Shown here: positions 29,415 to 38,904 of the stretch, one piece after another | How the letters are laid out: each line of letters opens with the position of its first letter | Numbering within the stretch: the first letter of the stretch is position 1 | NCBI GenBank assembly: GCA_963850905.1 | Contig: CAWKMU010000004.1 | Location: 480,001 to 544,000 of the forward strand | Direction: 5' to 3' | Source: an uncultured Gemmatimonadales bacterium | Lineage (GTDB): Bacteria > Gemmatimonadota > Gemmatimonadetes > Gemmatimonadales > Gemmatimonadaceae | DNA length: 64,000 nucleotides | Program-made: the position numbers and the translations under genes | Notes under the pieces: model-generated | The model's database searches: none | What the model saw: only the letters and a program-made list of their open reading frames with translations | Told to the model about the DNA's origin: nothing

Positions 29415-29455
29415 CGATGGCAGCAATGACGAAAGAGTATCATTTACTGCCATCG
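29415..29455. promoter_or_regulatory. Spaced inverted repeat upstream of the GlxA regulator; candidate autoregulatory operator
   Basis: CGATGGCAG-CAATGAC ... TATCATTTA-CTGCCATCG, 25 bp upstream of the ATG. Confidence 0.6.
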
Positions 29456-29578
29456 CGTCAGATGCAGCGACTGCCACCCGCGCCCCTTACCCCAGACCCC
29501 CAACCCCAGACCCGTTCAGTTTATCTCCCCTCACCTCTCTCCGTCTCTCCTTTCTCGGGGCGCGAAGCGCCCGCGGCG

Positions 29579-31554
29579 CTAGTGCCCCGCCGCATTCACG
29601 TTGGCGGCAGGCGACACGACGGGCAACACGATCGTGGATGGGTACTGCGGCCCGTGGTGGATGACGTTGTGAGCCACCAGTGGGTCTTTCTCGTCGTAGT
29701 TGTTCCCGCCCGTGTTCAGGTTCCGTTCGAAGTGCGGGAAGTTGCTGCTCGAGATCTCAATGCGAATCCGGTGGCCCGCGGCAAAGGTGTTGCCGGTGGT
29801 CAACGGACTGAACTCGACTTTGTACACCTGCCCCGGTTGCATGAACACCGGGTGGTCCCACCCCTCGCGCCAGCGGACTCGTTGAATGGTTTCATCCAGG
29901 TTGTACGCCTTTCCGCTCGGATCGACATCCAGAAGTTTGAACGTCAGATCGGTGTCCTTGCGGTCCGAGGAGAGGTACATCGTCCCTGTGACCGGCCCCA
30001 TGATCTCCACTGCCTGCGTGAGCGGCGGCGTGGTGTACACCAGCACGTCGGCCCGCATTTCGAGCCCCGATTGATCGTACGCCCCGGCCGGCTCGCCCGC
30101 GGTGAGCGCCGTGTGCGAATAGCAGCACCACGTACCGCCGCCGACCGTTGGGGCCGGCGTCATCGGATCGTACGTGAAATGGTCCGCCGCATGCTTCTCC
30201 GGCTTCGTCGTCGTCAGCCGGCCGTTGCCCAATCGGGTGTTCGCGTCGCCATCGCTGTCGAGATAGTACGTCACGGCAGCGCGCTTCCTTCGGCGGCCAG
30301 CTGTCGTAGCTGCGCCACTCGTTCGCACCCATCATGTACGCGCGCACGCGGGGCTGGCTCAGCACGTCGTTGGGGACCCCCTTCACGAAGTGGTCGAACC
30401 AGTTCTGCACCAGCGTGACATAGTCGAATCGGCCGTCCCCGAGGTCACGCTCGCCAACGACCGTGTGCTCGGTCGCCCCCAATTGCGAGCAGTGCAGCGT
30501 CGGAGCAATGATCATCCGCGAGTCGTTGCGGGCGCTCTCTGTCGCGCCGTCCTTCACCTGGTGCCCGAACATCGTGACGTTGGGCCCGATCGAGATATCG
30601 TACCACGAGTTGATGTACAGGGCGGGCGCGCTGTTGTGGTCCTCGTCACTGCCGAATTCGGTGTCTTTCCACCGTGGATCGTTCGGGAGACGGTTGACGT
30701 AGTTGTCGAAATCACTCGGAGGCTCACCGAGCACGTTCATGATCTGGTTGATGGGCAGCGTGCTGAGCGCAGAGTCGACCTTGAGCGGGTTGACCTTGAG
30801 CTCGGGCATGAGATCCCACTGCTGGTGGATGCGGATCATGTCAGCGCGTGAGTACGATGCGGGAAAGATGGGCCGAGCTGGATTGCCGGCGGAGATGTTG
30901 TCGTACCATCCCACCCAACCCGCGAGATGTACCGCACCACCGCGATAGAAGTTGCCCATCTCGTTGTACGGCCCGACGTGACCGATGCCGGCGCCCGACC
31001 CCATCGGCACCACGGCCGCCAACCCCGGGATATGGGCCGCGTTGAGCCGGTGCTGCTCCTCCGCGCTCGACGAGCATCCGATCGCGCCCACCTTGCCGTT
31101 GGACCACGGCTGCGACGTGATCCACTTGATCGTGTCGAACCCATCCTCGGCCGTCCGGACGAGGAAGGTGTACGTCCCCTCGGAGTAGAACCGGCCGCGC
31201 TCGTACTCCCACACGACCGCGTAGCCGTGCGCCAGGAAACTCTGGATGTACTGGCGCAAAGGACAGGTGGTGGGCGTCGATCCAGTACGGGATCCGGATC
31301 AATACGGTCGGCATGTTCTGTCGGGGCTGGCCTTTGGGAAAGAGGATGAGGTGGTAGAGGCGCACCCCATCGCGCATCGGCACCATCACCATGTCCTCGA
31401 CGTCCGCGTGCTCGTTGATGTACGCTTGCGCCTCGTCGGCCGACGAGACCTGGGCGGAGACGCGAGCGGGCAATGCCCCTGCCCCGGCAAGTACACACCC
31501 GACCGCGCCTATCCGGAGAACCCGAGCCAGTAGTGATCCGCAGTGGCGACGCAC
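29579..31554 (-). CDS. Secreted CocE/NonD family hydrolase; two +1 frameshifts (near 31253 and 30278)
   Basis: MRDGVRL, RGRFYSEG, WSNGKVGAIGCSS, SWYD, YDPMTPAPT.GG, SSNFPHFERNLN distributed over three consecutive ORFs. Confidence 0.88.
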
Positions 31555-31718
31555 GTTACCTCTCCAAGGTGGTTGGTCGCGGCCAATCTGCGGTGATTCG
31601 GGTCGGGATATCAAGCTCGGAGGGGCCGTGCTCGCCGCCAGCCGGTCCCATTTTGCGGGAAATCGTCCCACTACCCTTCCGGTAGGGCGCTGCGGACTTT
31701 CACCGTCCAACCCGACAT

Positions 31719-31761
31719 GTAGGGGCGGCCGTCAGGCCGCGCGGCCACGCATGCGTCGCCC
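31719..31761 (+). repeat. GTAG REP interrupted by a 19-bp insert
   Basis: GTAGGGGCG[gccgtcaggccgcgcggcc]ACGCATGCGTCGCCC. Confidence 0.7.
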
Positions 31762-31818
31762 TCTCGCCCCCCCCGCCCAGGCTTGTCGGCCAAACCCCCA
31801 CCTCTACATTAGGCTTGC

Positions 31819-32301
31819 ATGCGCATCCACAGTCATCGTCCTCTGTACGTCCTCCTGGCCGCCATGTCGTTCCTGGTGTTGCAGTCACGTGCAGACGCAC
31901 AGAATGCCGCGAGCGGCATCGGGTCGCTCGCGACGCGCGACGCCGCCGCCATCCGCGCGGAGTTGGATACCATGGCCGCCGGCTGGAATCGGGGTGACCT
32001 CGGCGTTTACCTCTCCGGCTACGCCGACAGCGTTGCGACCCGCGGGTCCGAAGGGTTCGTCGTCGGTGTCCCGGCCGTCGAGAAGGTCATGCGCGACGGC
32101 TACTGGAAAACCGGACGCCCAGCCCAAACGCTTCACTTCGAGCACCTCGTGGAGCGCGGACTGTCGCCGGACGTCGCGATCGCCACCGGAGAGTACGTGT
32201 TGTCGGGCGGTGGCGAGCCTGAACATACCGGCTGGTTCACAACGGTCTGGAAGCGGACGCCTGCCGGATGGCGCTGCGTGCACGATCACTCGTCGTCGTA
32301 A
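31819..32301 (+). CDS. Secreted NTF2/SnoaL-like (DUF4440) protein
   Basis: Signal peptide; GWNRGDL..YL..Y, GWFTTVWKR...GWRCVHDHSS. Confidence 0.88.
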   Translation: MRIHSHRPLYVLLAAMSFLVLQSRADAQNAASGIGSLATRDAAAIRAELDTMAAGWNRGDLGVYLSGYADSVATRGSEGFVVGVPAVEKVMRDGYWKTGRPAQTLHFEHLVERGLSPDVAIATGEYVLSGGGEPEHTGWFTTVWKRTPAGWRCVHDHSSS

Positions 32302-32317
32302 CAAGGGGAAGCCAAAC

Positions 32318-33955
32318 GTGGCATACTCTCTGACACGCCGACGTCGATGGATCACGCTCGTTGCGCTGCTCGCGCCACACGTCGCGATGCCTCAAACAGC
32401 GCCAAGAACCGCGCAGCCTCCCGACGACTGGCCATCGTACAACCGAACGGTCGCCGGCGACCGCTTCTCGCCACTGACGCAGATCAACCGCTCCAACGTG
32501 GCCGGCCTCCACACCGTCTGCACGTATACGTTGCCAGAGGTCACGTCACTCCAGACCGGCCCCCTGGTCGTGCAGCGCACGATGTATTTCACGACTGACA
32601 CGATCTCCTACGCCGTCGATGCGGCCACTTGCGCCGAGAAGTGGAAGCTGGTCCGGCACAGTGAGACGCCGAGCGGCCTGGCCGTGCACCGCGGCCTGGC
32701 CTACCTGAACGGGCGGTTGTTTCGCGGCACGTCCGATGGGCACGTCATTGCCCTGGACACCGCGCACGGCAAGCTGCTCTGGGATCGTGCGATCGAGCCC
32801 AGGAGTCCGGGCAGCTCAATGCCAATGGCACCCATCGCCGCGAAGGGCCTCGTGTACATCGGTAACGCGGGCGGTGACCTGGTCGGCGTCACTGGGCGCG
32901 TGTTCGCGCTCGACGCAGCGGACGGGCACATTGTGTGGACGTTCGACGTGGTCCCCGACACGGGATTCGCGCGAAGGACCTGGACCAACTCGGCGCTGCC
33001 GGTATCCGGCGGCGCGTTCTGGACGTCGTTCACGCTCGACACGCGTAACGGCGTGCTGTACGTGCCGGCGGGCAATCCCGCGCCCGACTTCGACGTCGGC
33101 CGCCGCACAGGCGACAACCTCTACGCCAACTCGGTTATCGCGCTGAACGCGACCACCGGACACCTGCTCGGCTACAACCAGCTGGTCAAGCACGACAATC
33201 ACGACTGGGACGTCGACAGTCCGCCGACACTGGTCACGACCACGGCAGGCCGCGCGATCGTGGCCTCGGCGAATAAGGATGGTCTGCTGTCGGTGCTCGA
33301 CCGCTCGCGCCTCGCCGGGCGCAGCGTTGGAGCGGCCAAGCCGAATGCTGCGACCGCTCTGCCCCTGGTCTGGCAGATGCCGACCACGACACGCACCAAC
33401 GTCGACGCACCACTCTCGCGCGACAGCGCCGTGCACTTCTGCCCCGGGATGGTCGGTGGGGTCGAGTGGAACGGAGCCGCGTACAACCCAATGACGAATA
33501 CGCTGTTCGTCGGGGCGGTCGACTGGTGCGCGAGCGTGCAGCTTGTACGCGATTCGACCGCGATTCCGCATGCTGGTGCAGCGTGGTTCGCAGCGGAGAA
33601 TCAGGAGCACATGCTCGATTCGTCGGACCGGGCCAAAGGCTGGGTGACGGCGTTCGACGCCGATAAAGGGACCGTGCGGTGGAAGTATGCAGCGCCACAT
33701 CCGATTCTGGCCGGCGTCACGCCGACGGCCGGCGGCCTGGTATTCACCGCGGACCTCGGCGGTCAACTCTATGCGTTCGATGCCGAGAGTGGTCACGTCC
33801 TCTGGGAATCCAGCACCGGCCAGTCGACGGGCGGGGGCATCATTTCGTATGCCGTGGCTGGACGCCAACTCTTGGCCGTCGCAGCAGGCATGAAATCGCC
33901 CGTGTGGCCCGGCGGCGCCAACCAGAGCCGCATGCTGGTGCTTGGGTTGCGCTAA
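32318..33955 (+). CDS. PQQ-dependent dehydrogenase family beta-propeller protein
   Basis: DWPSYNRT..GDRFSPLTQIN, GGAFW, GNPAPD, DNLYANS, HDNHDWD, CPG..GGVEW; GTG start at 32318. Confidence 0.9.
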   Translation: MAYSLTRRRRWITLVALLAPHVAMPQTAPRTAQPPDDWPSYNRTVAGDRFSPLTQINRSNVAGLHTVCTYTLPEVTSLQTGPLVVQRTMYFTTDTISYAVDAATCAEKWKLVRHSETPSGLAVHRGLAYLNGRLFRGTSDGHVIALDTAHGKLLWDRAIEPRSPGSSMPMAPIAAKGLVYIGNAGGDLVGVTGRVFALDAADGHIVWTFDVVPDTGFARRTWTNSALPVSGGAFWTSFTLDTRNGVLYVPAGNPAPDFDVGRRTGDNLYANSVIALNATTGHLLGYNQLVKHDNHDWDVDSPPTLVTTTAGRAIVASANKDGLLSVLDRSRLAGRSVGAAKPNAATALPLVWQMPTTTRTNVDAPLSRDSAVHFCPGMVGGVEWNGAAYNPMTNTLFVGAVDWCASVQLVRDSTAIPHAGAAWFAAENQEHMLDSSDRAKGWVTAFDADKGTVRWKYAAPHPILAGVTPTAGGLVFTADLGGQLYAFDAESGHVLWESSTGQSTGGGIISYAVAGRQLLAVAAGMKSPVWPGGANQSRMLVLGLR

Positions 33956-33957
33956 GA

Positions 33958-33982
33958 GCTAGACGCTGGACGAGCGTCTAGC
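33958..33982. terminator. Hairpin built from inverted heptamer units between convergent genes
   Basis: GCTAGACGCT-GGACG-AGCGTCTAGC. Confidence 0.5.
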
Positions 33983-34897
33983 CTCTATCCCCATTTGGAA
34001 CCGCAAAGGCTCCCACTGCCCTCGCCAAATTGTAGCGGCCAGCAACACGAGCGAAGCGGCCAAACACACGCCGACCGCGGCGACCGAAGCCTCGGGCCCG
34101 AACGCGCCGCCAGTCCAGAGCACATCGCCTGACAGCGTGCTCGAGACGAGGCCATGGGCGGCGTTGCCGGACACCGCGGCGCCAAAGACACCGCCCTCCA
34201 TGAAGTTCCACCCAAAATGCAAGCCGATAGGTAGCCACAGCGAACGGGTCGCTGTGTATGCGACGGCCAGCAGGATGCCAGCCTCCAACGCGATCGCGAC
34301 CGTGCTCACAGTCGACGCGCCGTGGTTGAAACCGTGGAGAATCCCGAAGAGGGCCGCCGAAAAAACGAGCGCGACAAGGGTGCCGAACCCTTCCTCCACA
34401 ATGCGGAACACTGCGCCACGAAACACGATCTCCTCGCCGACGGCAGCGACCAGTGAGACGGCAATGGCATGCCCGAGGTACGTGGTGCCAGCATACGCTC
34501 CGAATTGGGCGACACCCTTCCATGCGAGCACCAGCTCGACCGCAGTGAACAGCGCCATGCCACCGAGGACACCTGACAGGGCTAGTCTGGCCGCATGCCT
34601 CCGTCCCAGCTCCTGAGCCGTGCGCCTTTCGATCGACCGCACGAGCAGGCGATACGCCCCGATCATGACCGCCCCGACGCCCATCGCACACACGACGGCC
34701 AAGGCGCCGCCCCAGGGAGCTGACGACACCCGGCGGAGCAACCCAAAGGCCATCTGGCACACAACGTCCACCGCGAGGAGCGTGACAAAGAACACCAGGA
34801 GTCTGACAGGCATCGATCGCATCACCCGCCAACGATCGACGTGCTGCCCGCCCGAACGCCTTTCGGGTGGCATGAGTTGCTGCAGCTCAGAGTTCAT
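33959..34897 (-). CDS. CPBP (CAAX/Abi) intramembrane glutamic protease
   Basis: EEIVFRG, FGILH, IGLHFGWN, GAFGPEAS. Confidence 0.92.
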   Translation of the reverse strand: MNSELQQLMPPERRSGGQHVDRWRVMRSMPVRLLVFFVTLLAVDVVCQMAFGLLRRVSSAPWGGALAVVCAMGVGAVMIGAYRLLVRSIERRTAQELGRRHAARLALSGVLGGMALFTAVELVLAWKGVAQFGAYAGTTYLGHAIAVSLVAAVGEEIVFRGAVFRIVEEGFGTLVALVFSAALFGILHGFNHGASTVSTVAIALEAGILLAVAYTATRSLWLPIGLHFGWNFMEGGVFGAAVSGNAAHGLVSSTLSGDVLWTGGAFGPEASVAAVGVCLAASLVLLAATIWRGQWEPLRFQMGIEARRSSSV

Positions 34898-34905
34898 CGG
34901 TGCCC

Positions 34906-36864
34906 TCACCGTTTTTCCCTCAGCAACGCGTCGATGCTGTTCGCCTGCTCCGGGGCGGCGGCGGCAATCCCCATTGTCTTCTTGAGCCAGTCCGCGTAGG
35001 CCTCCCGGTCGTTCGCTTGCACCACCAGAGCGAGGCCGAGCGCGAGGCCGCGCGTGCGTACCTGCACACGCGACTCCTGGTCTCGGGTCATGCGCAGCAC
35101 AGCCTGGAGAGCCTCCGCCGCCGGCACCTGGCCCGTGGTCGTCAGCTCTTCGAGGTCGGCCGCCAGAGCCAGACGCTCGGGTTCCTGCAGCTGGCGATAC
35201 CCTGTCATCATCAGATTGTCGAGGAGATTCCCGGTCAACAGCGACCCGTAGTAGCCGCTGCCGTATGCGTTTGGCCAGACCCACGACGGCGATCCGGAGA
35301 GAGGCAGCTCGGCGTGTGACGTGCTGACGACTTCGCAGCGGCGCGGAGCGGTCTCGACATGCAGGCACACAGGGACCGGCCACGGATTGGCGCCCTGGTC
35401 GACGGCAAGGGTTGCTCCTCCCGATCCCGATGCAAGTGAGAATCTCAGCACGGGCGCGCCCGGTCGATCGAGAAAGGCGAAGAGAACCGGTCCGACGTCG
35501 ACGCCCGTCTCTTGCTTGATCGCGGCAGCGAGGTCGCCGGAGGTTGCGTTCCCGAACCGGTGGTCGATCAGGTAGCGGTGCAACGCCCGTTGGAATGGCT
35601 CCGCGCCCACCCAGTCCTCGAGCATCTCGAGGATGCTGGCTCCTTTGATGTAGACGACCACGTGATAGACGGGGTCCGCTTCCTCACGGGAATGGATCTC
35701 GACCCGCACCGGTCGCTCGCCGGCCGTATCCCGTATCATCATCGCATCGCGCGTATCGGTGATGCTGAGGTGGCGCTCGAATTCGGGTAGCTCCATGTCG
35801 GAGATCTTGGCTTCGAGCCACGTGGCAAACCCTTCGCTGAGCCACACGTCGTTCCACCACGCCTGCGTGACGAGGTTGCCGAACCACTGGTGGGCCATCT
35901 CGTGCGTCATGGTCGATCGCATAGCCTCCTGCCGTTCCTGCGTATCCTGATCCGGCGGCGCCAGGAGGAGTTCGGCTCGATAGGTGATCAGCCCAGGGTT
36001 CTCCGTGGCTCCGAAGGGCATATCTAGAACCGCGATGTGGTCGAGCTTGTCCCAGGGATACGGGATGCCCGTGTACTGCTCCAATCGCGCGAGGATCGGC
36101 GCCGTCGCTATGCGCGCGGCTACTGCCTCGCCACCACGTCCGCGCGGCGCGATGATCCGCACGGGAATCTGTTTCTGGCCCGCCACGCCGGCGTCGACGA
36201 CATCGAACGGGCCGACCGCGAACGCGACGACTTCCGAGGCAAGCGGCTGGGTGGGTGCGAACTGGACGCGCTTCATGTCGTCCGGCTCATCCCGGCTGGA
36301 GACCATCGGTGCATTCGCCACCGCCACCTGGTCGCGCTTCACGTGCATGACGAGCTCCCACGGCGCCTTGTAGCCCGGCTCGTCAAAACAAGGGAACGCG
36401 CGCCGAGCATCGATCGGCGTGAAGGAGGTGTAGACGTACCAGTCGGCCCCGGACTTCTTGCGGTACGCCCCCACGTTGGACGTATCGGACAACGTACCGC
36501 TGTACTGGATGGCGATCTCCAGCGGACCGGGTCCGGCACGCATGGGGAGGTCCACCGCCAGGAACTCCCCACCGAGGCGCCACCGGGCCGCTCTCGTCCG
36601 GTTCGCGGCCTTCACGTCGACGCGCTGGATCTGGAGGTCCTTGGCATTGAGCCACACGACGGTGGTGCTCGTGGTCAGCTCGACTTCGATGACCTCGGAG
36701 CCCCGAAAGGTCGGCTGGTCCGGCAGGATTGTGAGGTCCAGACCGTAGTGGGTCGGGTGTGCCGAGTGCGGCAGGCGAAAGTCCGGGGCACTCTGCTGCG
36801 CGCCGAGGAGCGCGGTGGCACTGAGCAGAGCGAGAGTGGAGACGCAGACCGACACCGTCCGCAC
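34906..36864 (-). CDS. Secreted M1 family aminopeptidase
   Basis: ARRAFPCFDEP, GATENPG, HEMAHQW...WLSEGFA, YIKG; start GTG 36864 (an in-frame ATG at 36897 comes from the REP). Confidence 0.93.
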   Translation of the reverse strand: MRTVSVCVSTLALLSATALLGAQQSAPDFRLPHSAHPTHYGLDLTILPDQPTFRGSEVIEVELTTSTTVVWLNAKDLQIQRVDVKAANRTRAARWRLGGEFLAVDLPMRAGPGPLEIAIQYSGTLSDTSNVGAYRKKSGADWYVYTSFTPIDARRAFPCFDEPGYKAPWELVMHVKRDQVAVANAPMVSSRDEPDDMKRVQFAPTQPLASEVVAFAVGPFDVVDAGVAGQKQIPVRIIAPRGRGGEAVAARIATAPILARLEQYTGIPYPWDKLDHIAVLDMPFGATENPGLITYRAELLLAPPDQDTQERQEAMRSTMTHEMAHQWFGNLVTQAWWNDVWLSEGFATWLEAKISDMELPEFERHLSITDTRDAMMIRDTAGERPVRVEIHSREEADPVYHVVVYIKGASILEMLEDWVGAEPFQRALHRYLIDHRFGNATSGDLAAAIKQETGVDVGPVLFAFLDRPGAPVLRFSLASGSGGATLAVDQGANPWPVPVCLHVETAPRRCEVVSTSHAELPLSGSPSWVWPNAYGSGYYGSLLTGNLLDNLMMTGYRQLQEPERLALAADLEELTTTGQVPAAEALQAVLRMTRDQESRVQVRTRGLALGLALVVQANDREAYADWLKKTMGIAAAAPEQANSIDALLREKR

Positions 36865-36882
36865 GATCTCACTGATGGGCGG

Positions 36883-36907
36883 GTAGGGGCGACGCATTGC
36901 GTCGCCC
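36883..36907 (+). repeat. GTAG REP
   Basis: GTAGGGGCGACGCATTGCGTCGCCC. Confidence 0.9.
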
Positions 36908-37071
36908 AGCAGGGCGGCCGAGCAGGTGAGCGGCCGGGATAGGCGGAGTAGCGGCATGGCATACAATAACTCCGTCCGCAACCGGACGGCCCCTGAATTC
37001 CGCCTCATAGGACAGCGGTTGTTGGCGCGATGACGTAGCGCCAGGAGATAGCCGCCGCTACGATACCGCCC

Positions 37072-38461
37072 ATGTGTGCGGGTGGCGCGCCTCGCGACGG
37101 CCAGGACCTCGGCGGGCATCTCGCAATCGTCGACGGCCATCTGTGGGTCGAACAGTGCGATGTCGTGGCGCTGGCCGAGCGGTTCGGCACACCACTCTAC
37201 GTCATTTCGGAAGGGCAACTACGTGCGAACGCCCGCGCGCTGCGTCAGGCCTTTGGGCGGCGCTGGACGTACGGACCGGTGGAGCTCTTGGCGTCGCTCA
37301 AGGCCAACTATGTGATCGCAGTTCGCCGGCTGCTCAACGAGGAAGGTCTGGGCTGCGACGTGTTCGGGAGCAACGAGCTCCAGACCGCGCTGCGGGCCGG
37401 AGTCCCAGCCGCTCGCATCTCGGTCAACGGATCGGCGAAAAGCGACCGGTTGCTGCGCTCGGCCGTGACCGAAGGCGCCACGATCACTCTGGATAGCGAA
37501 CGCGAGCTCGACGCGCTGCTCGTCGATCACGTCGGCGCTGAACAAGAAAGCCCGCATCCGGCTCCGTCTCCGTCCGGACTATCCCGCCCTGACCGAGCCG
37601 TCGGATTTCTTCCCGGGCATGCCGATTCGAGACGCAGCGCAACTGTACAAACCTGGAATCGAGCCGACGGCCGCGGATGCCCTCGGACGCCGAGCGCTCT
37701 CGGACGAAGGCATCGAGCTCACCGGCCTGATGACGCACCTCGGCCGACACAGCGCCGATCCCGCAGTCTGGGCCAAGATGGCCGAGGGATTTGGAGCCCT
37801 CGTTGCTCGGCTCTGCCAATCGTGGGCGCCGTGGAGGCCGCGAGAGCTGGATATCGGCGGCGGATTACCGGCCCCGCGGGACCCCACGCATCCTGAGCGC
37901 CGCCCAGCCGCGGCGATCGACCGTTACGCCGAAGCCATGACGGGCGCGCTCGGCGCAGCTCTGGTCGCGGGCGGAATCGAGCCCGACGGAATTCTGCTAC
38001 AGGTCGAACCCGGCCGGAGCCTCTTCGCGGATGCGGGCATGCACCTGAGTCGGGTCGTCCACGTGAAGACGCAGGCCAGACCTGTGCCGACGACGTGGGT
38101 CGAGGTGGACACGACGGAGATGTTCATGCCCGATCTCCTGATCGAGCACGCGCACTTCAAGCCCGTGTTCGCGACGAGAATGGCCGCGACTCCCGTGGGG
38201 GTGGCGCACATCGTCGGAATCTCCTGCGGTTTCGACTTGCTTGCCCGCAATGTCCCCGCACCCCAGGTCGAGGCGGGGGATGTCATCGCATTTCTCGACA
38301 CGGGCGCGTACCAGGATGCCGCGGCGGCCAACTTCAATGTGTTGGGCCGTCCGGGTACCGTCCTCGTGAACGGCAATCGAGTGCGCCTGGTCAAGCGCCA
38401 CGAGACGCTCGACGATGTCCTCCGACGTGATACACCCGAAGCGGCGGCGGTCGTTCTGTGA
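37072..38461 (+). CDS. Fold-type III PLP decarboxylase (diaminopimelate decarboxylase-like); +1 frameshift near 37521
   Basis: FGTPLYV, SLKANY, NGSAKS, DIGGG, EPGRS, DTGAY. Removing one base restores ITSALNKKARIRLRLRP. Confidence 0.85.
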
Positions 38462-38904
38462 CCAGGCTGCACCACGTCGGCCTCGCCGTCTCTGATCTCG
38501 AAATATCGATCGAGTTCTACTGTGCAGTGCTCGGCTGTGTGATTCGCGAGCGATCGCAGAGTGACGGGCCGGAGATCGAGACCCTGACTGGCGTGGCCGG
38601 TGCCCGCATCCTTACAGCGGATCTCGAGCTGGAGAGCGGCGAAGTCCTGGAGCTGATTCAATATCTCGTGCCGAAGACGGGCATACTGGCGCAACTCAGA
38701 CACCAGCCGGGACACACCCACATCGGATTCGTGGTCGACGACGTGGATGCGGTCTATGACCGGTTGACCGCACATGGATCGGTCCCGAGCTCGCGACCAG
38801 TCACGATCAACGAGCCGGGATCGGCGTGGGACGGCGTTCGGGCGATCTATGCCTGCGATCCGGATGGGCGCACGGTCGAATGTCTCGAGCTCCCTGACCG
38901 GTAG
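38458..38904 (+). CDS. VOC family (glyoxalase-like) protein
   Basis: HHVGLAVSDLE.SIEFY, LELIQY, HIGFVVDD, DPDGRTVE; GTGA overlap with the decarboxylase. Confidence 0.92.
   Translation: MTRLHHVGLAVSDLEISIEFYCAVLGCVIRERSQSDGPEIETLTGVAGARILTADLELESGEVLELIQYLVPKTGILAQLRHQPGHTHIGFVVDDVDAVYDRLTAHGSVPSSRPVTINEPGSAWDGVRAIYACDPDGRTVECLELPDR

Noticed and set aside
31690..31712. FMN riboswitch suggested by GGTGAAAGTCC on the minus strand
   Set aside because: The other conserved RFN segments are absent, and the downstream gene is unrelated to flavin metabolism.
31391..32317. 309-aa N-terminal extension on the PQQ protein (similar extensions on 3184..4890, 11846..12928, 33959..35383, 24315..25358)
   Set aside because: These are ORF-caller run-ups through other genes or repeats in a GC-rich genome. 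Internal starts are supported by RBS, signal peptides or motif boundaries.
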